Origin: Candidatus Nealsonbacteria bacterium
GTDB lineage: Bacteria; Patescibacteriota; Minisyncoccia; Minisyncoccales; PWPS01
DNA length: 61,264 bases
Reading direction: 5' to 3'
NCBI GenBank assembly: GCA_003555075.1
Contig: PWHW01000004.1
Coordinates: 1-61,264, forward strand
The notes beneath the pieces are model-generated. The model was not told the origin of the DNA. It was given only the letters and a program-made list of their open reading frames with translations, and did not search any database. A program made the translations under genes and the position numbers. Below, in pieces: positions 1-8,769 of this stretch; the first letter of the stretch is position 1; each line of letters begins with the position of its first letter.

Positions 1-468
1 GACGGCGATGATATAGATATAAAGGAAGTTGATGGAGTAAGCGATGAAGAATGGACAGGAACTGGTGATGATACAACTGGTCATGAAGTAGATGATCTTG
101 TGTTCAACACATATGATAACAATACGTACACCGTTGATGATGTAGATGAAAATAACGGTGAAACGAGTGTTGTAGATGAGTCCAGTGGAGATTACTACTA
201 CTATGAAGGAGACGGAAACATTTATAAGCAAGGAGCTGGTCTGGCAGACTACGATGTAGTTGACGCTTACGAGTTCACGGTAGAAGAAGGTGACACTGAA
301 ACCTTCACTGTATACTTCGAAACTGCCGAGGAGCCTGCTGACAGACTCAAGGTCATTATCGAAGCTATTGAATGGATGGATGAAGAAGGAGACCTTCAAA
401 CCCTTGACGGAAAGGATGTTGAAGACCTCGAAACAGATTCCATCAGGCTTTACGAGACGATTGATTAA
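1..468 (+). CDS. C-terminal part of an acidic S-layer-like surface protein (5' partial)
   Basis: Frame is open from base 1 to TAA at 468 and very D/E-rich. The C-terminus (RLKVIIEAIEWMDEEG) resembles that of 14202-16223 (WVRLAVESIDWEDEEG). Confidence 0.7.
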   Translation, partial: DGDDIDIKEVDGVSDEEWTGTGDDTTGHEVDDLVFNTYDNNTYTVDDVDENNGETSVVDESSGDYYYYEGDGNIYKQGAGLADYDVVDAYEFTVEEGDTETFTVYFETAEEPADRLKVIIEAIEWMDEEGDLQTLDGKDVEDLETDSIRLYETID

Positions 469-574
469 GGGATTTCTGAAAGCTAAAAGTGCACTTAGCT
501 TGGCGGATTCCTAAAAGCTAAACGCCCCAAAAGGGATTGGGGTATCGGCCAAAAAGGCACTGCGCCTAATTTGG

Positions 575-760
575 CCCCCAAAAACCCCCTACAACCAGTA
601 GGGGGTTTTGGTTTCTCTAAACTCCCCAAACCTAAAGCCTTTTAAAACCCAAAACCCCTCTACCCAGCAAGAGCTTTGGTTTCTCTAAACTTCCAAAACC
701 CAAAAAACTCTAAAGCCCCTTAAAACCCAAAAACCCCCATACCCAGCAAGGATTTTTGCT
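575..760. repeat. Degenerate C/A-rich tandem repeat (about 68-78 bp period)
   Basis: TAAAACCCAAAACCCC..TACCCAGCAAG at 643-671 and 721-749. TTTGGTTTCTCTAAACT at about 607 and 675. Confidence 0.6.
581..609. terminator. Hairpin, probable bidirectional intrinsic terminator
   Basis: AAAACCCCCTAC-aacca-GTAGGGGGTTTT, a 12-bp inverted repeat downstream of the 1-468 CDS. Confidence 0.6.
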
Positions 761-785
761 TTTCTATCTCCAATCACCCCATTTG

Positions 786-817
786 TACCTATATTCCACA
801 ATTGTGAAATATATGTA
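786..817. repeat. 32-bp palindrome, copy 1
   Basis: TACCTATATTCCACAATTGTGAAATATATGTA, 2 mismatches to the consensus. Confidence 0.9.
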
Positions 818-852
818 CTCCCAAGCTCCCAAACCCCTCAAAAAAAGCATTG

Positions 853-884
853 TACCTATATCCCACAATTGTGAAATATAGGTA
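853..884. repeat. 32-bp palindrome, copy 2
   Basis: TACCTATATCCCACAATTGTGAAATATAGGTA, 2 mismatches, 35 nt after copy 1. Confidence 0.9.
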
Positions 885-897
885 ACTCTCTTTTTTC

Positions 898-925
898 TTG
901 ACGGTGAGATGGCAGGTCGTATAAT
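898..925 (+). promoter_or_regulatory. Sigma70-type promoter
   Basis: TTGACG-N16-TATAAT upstream of the ATG at 957. Confidence 0.6.
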
Positions 926-956
926 AAAAGAGGTATAAATAATAAAAAAGCGCTTT

Positions 957-1283
957 ATGACTTTCCTATTTGCCGGATTTTTTGGTGGAGTTCTAAGGGG
1001 AGCGGTCGGTATCTTCAAATACATGACCTCTTACAAGGATGTTGAGATAAGGCCTTATTATTTCCTCGGAATGGCTCTTCTTACGGGTGTTGTGGGTTAT
1101 GTAAGTGCTCATATAGCCCAAGATGCGGCCCAAATATTTTTGGAGGTAGAAGTTCTTCCCGTTTCTTTTGCTATTGTTGCCGGTTATGCCGGCGGGGATT
1201 TTATAGAAAACCTCTTTAAAATAGGAATGAAAGAACCCAATCTCTTTGAGATCGGGAAAAAGATAAAAAAGATCACTAAATAA
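957..1283 (+). CDS. Small multi-pass membrane protein of unknown function
   Basis: 108 aa, Gly-rich hydrophobic helices (GFFGGVLRG, AGYAGGDFIE), promoter upstream. Confidence 0.75.
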   Translation: MTFLFAGFFGGVLRGAVGIFKYMTSYKDVEIRPYYFLGMALLTGVVGYVSAHIAQDAAQIFLEVEVLPVSFAIVAGYAGGDFIENLFKIGMKEPNLFEIGKKIKKITK

Positions 1284-1295
1284 TAAATACCAACA

Positions 1296-1745
1296 ATGAA
1301 AAACACTCTTCTTATTTTTTGCGAAGACATTATCATTGACGCTAGCACCGGACAATGGAGTTTTATAAAGAATATTGAGAAAATAAACATGGTCTTTCCT
1401 CCCGGGAAAAGAAAGGAGGGGCAGGCGGTATCGGTAAAGGGAAAGTTCAATCTTGCCGCTATGTGGAGCGTGGACGAAAGGGATGCCGGAAAAGAAAAGA
1501 TGAAAATAAAGTACGAATTGACGGACCAAGGTGGGAATAAGCTCACGGAAAGTCCGGAATACGAGGTCCCCATAAAGAGGGACATCCCGGCGATAAAGCA
1601 CAAAGTAACGCTTAGCAAAATAGCTCTCAAGGATTCCGGGCGTTACTATTTCAAACTCTTAAGAGAAGAGGAGGGGGGAAGTTATAGAGAAGAGAACAAG
1701 GTTGCCTTTGATGTTTCCATAAGAGAAAGCGAAGAAGGTAAGTAG
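1296..1745 (+). CDS. DUF6941-like beta-sandwich hypothetical protein
   Basis: N-terminal FCEDIIID..TGQWSFI and C-terminal GRYYFKL pattern; co-oriented 12 nt after the previous gene. Confidence 0.65.
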   Translation: MKNTLLIFCEDIIIDASTGQWSFIKNIEKINMVFPPGKRKEGQAVSVKGKFNLAAMWSVDERDAGKEKMKIKYELTDQGGNKLTESPEYEVPIKRDIPAIKHKVTLSKIALKDSGRYYFKLLREEEGGSYREENKVAFDVSIRESEEGK

Positions 1746-1760
1746 AACTTCAAGATCTTA

Positions 1761-1788
1761 TTGACAAGGCTTTTTTTGGTTGTAAAAT
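1761..1788 (+). promoter_or_regulatory. Sigma70-type promoter
   Basis: TTGACA-N16-TAAAAT, followed by an AAGGAGG RBS before the TTG at 1831. Confidence 0.65.
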
Positions 1789-1830
1789 AAAATTTATCCG
1801 AAGTACGTTTAAAAAAGGAGGTATGTGTAA

Positions 1831-2964
1831 TTGAGGATTATCTTTTTTGGTGGTACCGGAGCGATCGGAAGAAGAGTGGTGAACGAGATCTGTAAATTTC
1901 CTAAAGTAAGAAGGGTGATCATAGCAAGCCGCAAAATGAAGAGCTATCAAAAGCTCTTAAAAGAAGTGGAAAGCGGCAATTCCGGAAAAGGGAATAAGCT
2001 AAGCTACTTGAATCTTGATCTTAGAAGGTGCTTCAATCTTCCGGAGATCTTAAGAAGCAATGATGTGGTGGTCGGAGCCATGGGTCCTTTTTACAAATAC
2101 GAGGAGGTGCTTGCAAAAGCTTCTGTGAAGGCCAGAGTGCATTATGTTAGTATCTGTGATGATCATGATGTCGTAAAACGCGTTCTGGGGCTAAATGAGG
2201 CTGCTAAAAAGAAAGGTGTTTGCATTCTGACCGGAATGGGATGGACTCCCGGATTATCAAGTTTACTTGCAAGATCCGGAGCGGATCTCTTGGACGGGGT
2301 GGATAGTATTAGGATCTATTGGGCCGGAAATTCCAGTAATTCTATGGGAATTGCGGTGATTCTTCATGTTCTGCACAGTTTTACCGGAAAGGTTCCTGCC
2401 GTAAGAGACGGAAAAACCTCTTTTGTCCGCGCAGGATCGGGAAAAGAAAGAATCGATTTCCTGAATCCTTTAGGAAAGATAACTGTGTATAATATTGGTC
2501 ACCCCGAACCGGTTACCATTCCTTGCCATTTTCCCGGCATCAAAGAAGTTACACTCAAAGGAGGCGTCAATGAGAATCTCTTAAACAGGATCGCTATTTT
2601 AGCAGGAAGGAGTGGTCTTAGCAGATCTTACATCATTCGTGACGCTCTTGCTCTTTTTTTCCAGAAAACATTACCTTTTTGGCGTAAGATCGCCCGCCCG
2701 ATGCCCGAGGTTTCCGGGATAACGGTGGTTGTTGAAGGTGATTTTCACGGAAAACAATGCTCTTTGACCTATAAAGCTGTCGGGCCGATGGAAGTGCTTA
2801 CCGGAATTCCTATGGCATTCGCCATAAAGGGGCTTGTGTCAGGGGATATAAAAGAGAGAGGAGTTCTTTCTCCCGAAGCTCCGGGAATGATAAATCCTTC
2901 AGAGGTCTTTAAAGAATTGGAAAGCAAAGGAGTACAAATAGAAATGGAAAAGGATCTTTTATAA
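1831..2964 (+). CDS. Saccharopine dehydrogenase-like NAD(P)-binding oxidoreductase
   Basis: GGTGAIG Rossmann motif, VVVGAMGPFY, HYVSICDD, GMGWTPGLS and GHPEPVTIP. Confidence 0.9.
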   Translation: MRIIFFGGTGAIGRRVVNEICKFPKVRRVIIASRKMKSYQKLLKEVESGNSGKGNKLSYLNLDLRRCFNLPEILRSNDVVVGAMGPFYKYEEVLAKASVKARVHYVSICDDHDVVKRVLGLNEAAKKKGVCILTGMGWTPGLSSLLARSGADLLDGVDSIRIYWAGNSSNSMGIAVILHVLHSFTGKVPAVRDGKTSFVRAGSGKERIDFLNPLGKITVYNIGHPEPVTIPCHFPGIKEVTLKGGVNENLLNRIAILAGRSGLSRSYIIRDALALFFQKTLPFWRKIARPMPEVSGITVVVEGDFHGKQCSLTYKAVGPMEVLTGIPMAFAIKGLVSGDIKERGVLSPEAPGMINPSEVFKELESKGVQIEMEKDLL

Positions 2965-2974
2965 GAAACCATTT

Positions 2975-3000
2975 AAAGCCAATTAAAAATTGGCTTTTTT
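2975..3000 (+). terminator. Intrinsic terminator
   Basis: AAAGCCAATT-aaa-AATTGGCTTT followed by a T-run. Confidence 0.7.
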
Positions 3001-3037
3001 CTTTTCTACCTACCCCCTCTCCCTTGCAAAAACCTTG

Positions 3038-3069
3038 TACCTATATCCCACAATTGTGGAATATAGGTA
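3038..3069. repeat. 32-bp palindrome, copy 3
   Basis: TACCTATATCCCACAATTGTGGAATATAGGTA, 1 mismatch. Confidence 0.95.
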
Positions 3070-3176
3070 TACTTTTCTCTTTCACCCCCTTTTTTTTGCT
3101 TTTAGTGTTGTGTTTTTGAAAGCTCTTAAGTCTTTTATTTGACGACATTCCTTTTGTTTTTTAAACTAAAAGAGTT

Positions 3177-6100
3177 ATGGAAAAGTATATCCCTATAATT
3201 TGCTTGTTTTTCTTTTTCGCTTTTTTTGCGATGGGAGCTGAAAACTCCGTTTTTGCCAGAGAGGGCGGTGGCGTTTTTTCTTCTGGCATTGAAAATAAGA
3301 TAAGCGAAGAGAGCGGAGAGGAAAAGATCGAAGTTATTATCAGATTAAAGACAAAGGAAGAGAACATTCATTTGCAAGCAAAAAAGAAAGAAGGGGGAGA
3401 GGCAGCAGTCAATGCGCTAAAAAGTGAGGCTGAAAGTTCGCAAGCAGGGGTGATGGCGGAACTTTCAAGAGGAGGTGCCAATATTAAGAACAGTTTTTGG
3501 ATCACCAATGCTATTTTGGCGGAAGTGAATACAGATGATTTAAGAAGTATCGCCCAAAAAGAAGAGGTGAAAAGAATTCACGAGAACTTTGAGGTTAGCA
3601 TTCTTGAGCATTCCAAAGAAGACCCTCCTTTTTCTTTAAAAGACGTAGAGGGATTTGGCAATGAAGAAGAGAAATATACATGGGGACTTGAAAGAATGGG
3701 AGTGCCGGAAGTTTGGGGCATGGGATTTAAAGGATCAGAAGAGATAAAGGTTGCTGTGTTGGATACAGGGGTGGATATTGACCATCCGGACCTGGAAGGA
3801 AAAATGTATACCGAAGACGAGGAAGATCCAACTTATCCGGGAGGATGGGCGGAATTCAATGTTGGCGGGAAAAAAGTGGGGTCCGAACCTCACGACACTC
3901 ATTACCACGGAACTCATGTTTCCGGTACTGTTGTGGGTGGAAATGAAAGTGAGAGCGGCACTTATATCGGAGTAGCTCCCAATGCAAAGTTCATGCACGG
4001 ACTTGTGATCCCCTATGGAAGCGGCAGCTTTGCACAGATCATCGGGGGTATGGAGTGGGCAACAGAAGAGGGAGCTGATGTAGTGAACATGTCCTTTGGA
4101 GCCGATGCAAAGGAGTATTATGATGAATTTGAGGAAGCCATACAGAGCATGAAGGGGGTGGGCATCTTCCCTGTGGCGGCGATCGGGAATGAAGGCGAAG
4201 GTACGGCGGGTACTCCGGGGGCGATACTTGAGTCGATCGGTGTAGGAGCTTCCACGGACGACGGCTACTATGAGTGGCCCCAAGGAGAGTTTAATGAATA
4301 CAAAGAGAATGATATCGTGGGATTTAGCAGTGGAGATATAATAATAGATGAAGAATACAATAATTCGCCTGAGGAGGAATATGTGAAGCCGGATTTTTCC
4401 GCACCGGGGGTAAATGTCAAGTCTGCGGTCCCCGGAAACGACTACTATTATTTAAATGGAACTTCTATGGCCGCTCCTCATGTTGCAGGAATTATTGCTC
4501 TCATGCTTCAGGTTGACCCCGAGCTGGAAATTGATGATGCTTATAACATTCTCCGAGACACAGTGGATTATTACAGAAAAGAAGGAGATTGGCTTGATAG
4601 TGAGGAGAACAAGAACACAAGGTACGGATATGGTATCGTGAATGCTCATAATGCGGTCCAGCAAATTGCTGACGATGCTTATTTTGACATAAAAGAGATC
4701 AGTACCAATCAACCTGTTGTAGTAGGGGAAGTCTTGGAGGTAGAAGCTACTGTGACCAATACGGGGGACATCAAGGATACTCAGAATATAAAACTTCTTG
4801 ATTTTGATTCCGAGAAGGTCGATGAAACAGAAATAACTCTTTACGGGGGAGACAGTAAAGAGGTTTCTTTGATATGGGAAACTGATGATACGGACGGAGG
4901 AGTGGACAACATAAAAGTGGAAAGCGATGACGATACTCTTGAGAAGGAGGTGGAAATATTAGAAGAAGCTTATTTTGAAGTAAATATCACGGGAGATTAT
5001 CCCAGTGTGAACGAAGGCGAGACGCTTGAAGTTACTGCCGATATAGAAAATACCGGTACGGAAACAAGCACGGAGGATATTTATCTTTTGAACTTTGAAG
5101 ATGAGATCGTAGATAAGCACGAGGATTTGGAAATAGAGGGAGAGAATTCGGAATCAATATCTTTAGAGTGGAATACTGAATATGGTGATGCTGATACCGG
5201 CAATATTACCGTAAAGAGCAGTATCAGTAAAAATAGTGACACCAAGGAAGTGACGATTGATGCAATAAGTTATTTCGACCTTGAAATTATTGGCACGAAT
5301 AGGCCGGTCAAAGAGGGGGGCGATCTGGCAGTCGAAGTAAGAGTGGAAAATGTGGGAAGCGCAAATGCACAAAGCGGACAAACAATTGAGCTTTATATAG
5401 AAGGAGAGAGTCCGGAAGATAGCAAGGAAACAAAAGCGCTTGAATCGGGAGAAAGTGAGAGCTTGGAGTTGGTATGGTCCACAGAAGTGGGCGATTTTGG
5501 AACATATCTTGTAGAAATAAAGGGAGAGGATGAGGAGGATGAAAAAGAGATTGCCATAAAATTGAGTTTGGAAAATGATAATGTAGAACTTATTGATCTT
5601 TGGACGGAAAAAGAAGAGATTTATGCAGGGTGGGATTTGGAGATAGGAATAGAGATAGAAAACAACAATAGCGAGGAAGGAAAGTACAATGCTGTGTTCA
5701 AGGTGGGCAAGGAGGGTGAAGAAATGGAAAATATCGGCTCCAGCACAAAGGTAGTGCCGGGAGAGGGGAGCGAGGTATTTTCTGTTTTGCATGCCGGAAA
5801 ATCGGCGGGAACATATAATGCAAAAACAGAAGAAGACGAAGCAGAGGTTTCTTTTGAGGTTTATGATGAACCGGACGTGATAACCGGCGAGGTTGAGGCG
5901 GGATATGAGTCTGCAATTTTCCACGGAGAGGTCACTGAAAAAGGAATGGAGAATGAAATAGAGGTCTTCTTTAAATGGATAAAAGAGGGCGATTTAACTT
6001 ATGAGAGCACGGATCCTGTTTTGATAGAAGATCCCCAAGGGGATGAGAAGTTTCAAGAGGAACTAGGTGAGCTTGAGAGTGGAACTACTTACTCTTTCAG

Positions 6101-7166
6101 AAGTGCAATATCATGGGAAGAGGGGGAGCACAGAAATACCGGAGAGGAAAAAGAGTTTGTTACTGCCTCTTTTCCTGCGGTAGAAACTCTGGCAGCTAAG
6201 AACATATCTTATGATTCGGCAACTTTAAGCGGAGATCTCACGGAAATAGGGCTTGAAGATAACATTGATACGTTCTTTAGTTATCGTGAGAAAGGGGAAG
6301 AAGAATGGAGCTCTACTTCTTTGCAAGAAGTTTCAAATGAGGAGAGTTTCAATGAGGAAATAGACAGTCTTTCTTCCAATACGGAATATGAGTTCAGGGC
6401 TGAGATCGAATGGAACGGAAAAAGCGAAAAAGGGGAGGTATTGGAATTCTCCACCGATAGCAGGCCTACTACTGGTGGCGGGGGTGGCGGAAGATCTCCA
6501 AGGACCAGAGAATATGATATTAAGCTCTCTATAAACAAGGAAGATGCCGGAGAAGTTAAAGGAGGAGGGTCTTATGAAGAAGGTGAGGAAGTTACCATAG
6601 AGGCTGTTCCGGAAGAAGGTTATTATTTCCTGGGATGGGAAGAAGCCGGAGAAGTGGTAAGCAGCAAAGAATCTTTTACTTTTACCCTGGAAGAGGACAG
6701 GGAATTGGTGGCCCTATTCAGAGAAGAGAGTAGGATAGCCGAAGTAGAAGAGGTTCAAAATTTAAGAGCGGAACTTGATAAACTGGATGGGGATGAAAAA
6801 AGGATAAAGGGAGTTATTGATGTTGCAAACACCCTTCTCGAGGAAGCAAAAGAGAGAGGCGCAAAAGAGGCAGAGAAGGTTTTAAAAAGGCTAATAGAAA
6901 GAGCAGAAATATTAAAGGGTAAAATAGAAGAGAAGAAGGAGGAAAAGAAAGAAGAGCTTCGGGAGATCTTGTGGGAACATGAAGAAAAAGAGGAGATCAT
7001 GCGAATAAATGAGGTGCTTGATGTAGTAATAGAGAGGGCAAAAAATCTTTTGGATGTGGCAAAAAGGAGAGAGAATAAAGAAGCTGAAGCTATCTTAAAA
7101 GAGATAATAAAGACGGCCAAAGAAGAAAAAGAAATTTACAAGAAAGAACTCCAAGTTGATATCTAG
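3177..7166 (+). CDS. Secreted S8 subtilase with I9 propeptide, CARDB/Ig-like domains, Fn3-like domains, an InlB-type B-repeat and a helical tail
   Basis: Signal peptide. Catalytic triad motifs VAVLDTGVD, HGTHVSGT, GTSMAAPHVAG. Repeated A(T/D)(V/I)xNTG modules. GGGSYEEGEEVTIEAVPEEGYYFLGW repeat. Confidence 0.92.
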   Translation: MEKYIPIICLFFFFAFFAMGAENSVFAREGGGVFSSGIENKISEESGEEKIEVIIRLKTKEENIHLQAKKKEGGEAAVNALKSEAESSQAGVMAELSRGGANIKNSFWITNAILAEVNTDDLRSIAQKEEVKRIHENFEVSILEHSKEDPPFSLKDVEGFGNEEEKYTWGLERMGVPEVWGMGFKGSEEIKVAVLDTGVDIDHPDLEGKMYTEDEEDPTYPGGWAEFNVGGKKVGSEPHDTHYHGTHVSGTVVGGNESESGTYIGVAPNAKFMHGLVIPYGSGSFAQIIGGMEWATEEGADVVNMSFGADAKEYYDEFEEAIQSMKGVGIFPVAAIGNEGEGTAGTPGAILESIGVGASTDDGYYEWPQGEFNEYKENDIVGFSSGDIIIDEEYNNSPEEEYVKPDFSAPGVNVKSAVPGNDYYYLNGTSMAAPHVAGIIALMLQVDPELEIDDAYNILRDTVDYYRKEGDWLDSEENKNTRYGYGIVNAHNAVQQIADDAYFDIKEISTNQPVVVGEVLEVEATVTNTGDIKDTQNIKLLDFDSEKVDETEITLYGGDSKEVSLIWETDDTDGGVDNIKVESDDDTLEKEVEILEEAYFEVNITGDYPSVNEGETLEVTADIENTGTETSTEDIYLLNFEDEIVDKHEDLEIEGENSESISLEWNTEYGDADTGNITVKSSISKNSDTKEVTIDAISYFDLEIIGTNRPVKEGGDLAVEVRVENVGSANAQSGQTIELYIEGESPEDSKETKALESGESESLELVWSTEVGDFGTYLVEIKGEDEEDEKEIAIKLSLENDNVELIDLWTEKEEIYAGWDLEIGIEIENNNSEEGKYNAVFKVGKEGEEMENIGSSTKVVPGEGSEVFSVLHAGKSAGTYNAKTEEDEAEVSFEVYDEPDVITGEVEAGYESAIFHGEVTEKGMENEIEVFFKWIKEGDLTYESTDPVLIEDPQGDEKFQEELGELESGTTYSFRSAISWEEGEHRNTGEEKEFVTASFPAVETLAAKNISYDSATLSGDLTEIGLEDNIDTFFSYREKGEEEWSSTSLQEVSNEESFNEEIDSLSSNTEYEFRAEIEWNGKSEKGEVLEFSTDSRPTTGGGGGGRSPRTREYDIKLSINKEDAGEVKGGGSYEEGEEVTIEAVPEEGYYFLGWEEAGEVVSSKESFTFTLEEDRELVALFREESRIAEVEEVQNLRAELDKLDGDEKRIKGVIDVANTLLEEAKERGAKEAEKVLKRLIERAEILKGKIEEKKEEKKEELREILWEHEEKEEIMRINEVLDVVIERAKNLLDVAKRRENKEAEAILKEIIKTAKEEKEIYKKELQVDI

Positions 7167-7205
7167 AAGGTGATACCTCGCTCTCATTGGCCGCAAAGAC
7201 CCTTG

Positions 7206-7237
7206 TACCTATATTCCACAATTGTGGAATATAGGTA
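7206..7237. repeat. 32-bp palindrome, copy 4 (perfect; extends to 36 bp, 7204-7239)
   Basis: TGTACCTATATTCCACAATTGTGGAATATAGGTACA. Confidence 0.95.
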
Positions 7238-7265
7238 CATTCTTTTGCAAAAAGTTTATTTAAAA

Positions 7266-7295
7266 AAATAACCCTCCTTGTCTGGAGGGTTATTT
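7266..7295. terminator. Bidirectional intrinsic terminator
   Basis: AAATAACCCTCC-ttgtct-GGAGGGTTATTT. Confidence 0.65.
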
Positions 7296-7323
7296 CAAGC
7301 AAGAGCTCCCCTTCTCTTGCTTC

Positions 7324-7467
7324 TTACAGTTTTTCCCATACTTTTCCTCTTTTCTTTTTTGGTTTTTTTGCGTTTCTGCGGTTCTTTTCAAAACTTCTCT
7401 TCAAGTAATTCTCTTGCATTATGTCCTCTATGCTGTTTACGCCTTTTATGGTTCGTTTATTATTCAT
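7324..7467 (-). CDS. Putative small basic protein (47 aa)
   Basis: MNNKRTIKG...KKKRGKVWEKL; preceded by the AAGGGTCG leader motif and followed by a terminator. Confidence 0.35.
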   Translation of the reverse strand: MNNKRTIKGVNSIEDIMQENYLKRSFEKNRRNAKKPKKKRGKVWEKL

Positions 7468-7688
7468 AGCTATTTTTATTTTTATTAATCGACCCTTAAA
7501 AGACTTCCCCTTAGAGAACATAAGCCTCGAAACAGCCAAGAAAAGGGAAGATTTTGTTTTTTGGAGCTGTTTTCCTCGGGACTAATGAAGACGACTTTTG
7601 CTACGTTACGTTACACTTTCAAAGAAAACTTCCCCCTTGTGAGCGCTTATATGGGGAAAAAGAGGAAATTTTGATCTTTTTTGGGCAT

Positions 7689-7720
7689 TACCTGTATTCC
7701 ACGATTGTGGAATATGAGTA
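7689..7720. repeat. 32-bp palindrome, copy 5 (degenerate; upstream of the PaaX/Cas2-like gene)
   Basis: TACCTGTATTCCACGATTGTGGAATATGAGTA, 4 mismatches. It overlaps the expected -35 position of a TGcTACTTT extended -10 at 7726-7734. Confidence 0.85.
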
Positions 7721-7765
7721 AAATGTGCTACTTTTAAAGTAAGGTATTCTTTGTATTTTTCCTAC

Positions 7766-8305
7766 ATGGATAAACCTACCATCACCAAGGAATTCTTATG
7801 GAAGCTTAGCAAGATCCCTGAGGCCGCCTTTGAAAACTACCTTATTGTTAGTCGTCGTGAAATGGGGAAAAAAGTGCTTCGACCGGAAATGGAAAGGATA
7901 AAAAAGGAATACGAAAAAAGAAATGCAAAAAAGAACTTCAATCAATTTCTTTTTTCTCTTAAAGAAAGGGGGTATATAAGGCCCATAAAAGGTAGTTCTG
8001 TTCATGAGGGCTTTGAGCTTACTACCAAAGGGAAGCAAAAAGCTTTACAAGGAAAAATGGCGATGGAAAAAGGTGAAAGAGAGCAAAGGAAGGACGGCAA
8101 AATGATCATGATCATGTTTGATATCCCCAAAGAGAAAGAGAAGGTAAGGTACATTTTTCATGATGCTTTAAGGGAGTTGGAATACAAAATGCTTCAAAAG
8201 AGCGTTTGGGTCTCCGATAAGGAAGGCAAGAAAGAAGAAAAGGAAAAGGAGTACGGACTTGAAAGATATGTCAATATTTTCATTATTGAAAAAGTGAACA
8301 TCTGA
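7766..8305 (+). CDS. PaaX-like regulator: winged HTH plus Cas2-like (ferredoxin-fold) domain
   Basis: wHTH end LKERGYI...FELTTKG, then MIMIMFDIPKEKEKVR..ALRELEYKMLQKSVWVS typical of PaaX central/Cas2-like domains. ATG at 7766 preferred over TTG at 7751. Confidence 0.85.
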   Translation: MDKPTITKEFLWKLSKIPEAAFENYLIVSRREMGKKVLRPEMERIKKEYEKRNAKKNFNQFLFSLKERGYIRPIKGSSVHEGFELTTKGKQKALQGKMAMEKGEREQRKDGKMIMIMFDIPKEKEKVRYIFHDALRELEYKMLQKSVWVSDKEGKKEEKEKEYGLERYVNIFIIEKVNI

Positions 8306-8307
8306 GT

Positions 8308-8339
8308 TACCTATATTTCACAATTGTGGAATATAGGTA
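8308..8339. repeat. 32-bp palindrome, copy 6 (2 nt after the PaaX-like stop codon)
   Basis: TACCTATATTTCACAATTGTGGAATATAGGTA, 1 mismatch. Confidence 0.95.
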
Positions 8340-8409
8340 ACATTTTTGTTTGGGTTGCGTTGGATTACGGGGTATACTTAATTTCATAGACCGAGAACAT
8401 CTTTGGTTC

Positions 8410-8766
8410 ATGAAAAAAGAGGATATCGGAAAAAAGGGAGAAATAATGGCAGAGAAATACCTTCGAAAAAAGGGGTTTTCCGTTCTGGAGAGGAATTACA
8501 AGAATAAATACGGAGAAATTGACATCATCGCCCAAAGTGGCGATGTTTTGGTTTTTGTAGAGGTAAGGAGTAGCTCTACGCAAAACTTTGGTTCTCCCGA
8601 AGAGACTGTGGATCACAAAAAAATGGAAAAAATGAAAAAGAACGCTCTTGCTCTTACTACTCTTTGGAAATGGGAGGGTGCCTGCAGATTGGATCTTGTT
8701 TGTGTTTTTCTTTATAAAAACGGCGAGTTAAAGAAAGTAGAACATTATGAGGATATAACAAACTAG
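8410..8766 (+). CDS. yraN: YraN family (UPF0102) PD-(D/E)XK nuclease
   Basis: GKKGE..A..YL..KGF.VLERNY....GEIDIIA....LVFVEVR; ATG at 8410. Confidence 0.92.
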   Translation: MKKEDIGKKGEIMAEKYLRKKGFSVLERNYKNKYGEIDIIAQSGDVLVFVEVRSSSTQNFGSPEETVDHKKMEKMKKNALALTTLWKWEGACRLDLVCVFLYKNGELKKVEHYEDITN

Positions 8767-8769
8767 CCT

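Noticed and set aside
914-919. AGGTCG before gene 957 as a member of the leader motif
   Set aside because: It lies inside the -35/-10 spacer of the predicted promoter, so it would not be in the transcript.
764-1024. ORFs 764-1024(-) and 7090-7302(-) sharing a YI(S/P)QLW(D/N)IG peptide
   Set aside because: The shared peptide is just the translation of the palindrome. Both ORFs overlap better-supported features.
786-8339. Bona fide CRISPR-Cas locus
   Set aside because: Only one repeat-spacer-repeat unit, the other copies are kilobases apart, and there is no cas1 or effector gene. The Cas2-like domain is fused to a wHTH as in PaaX.
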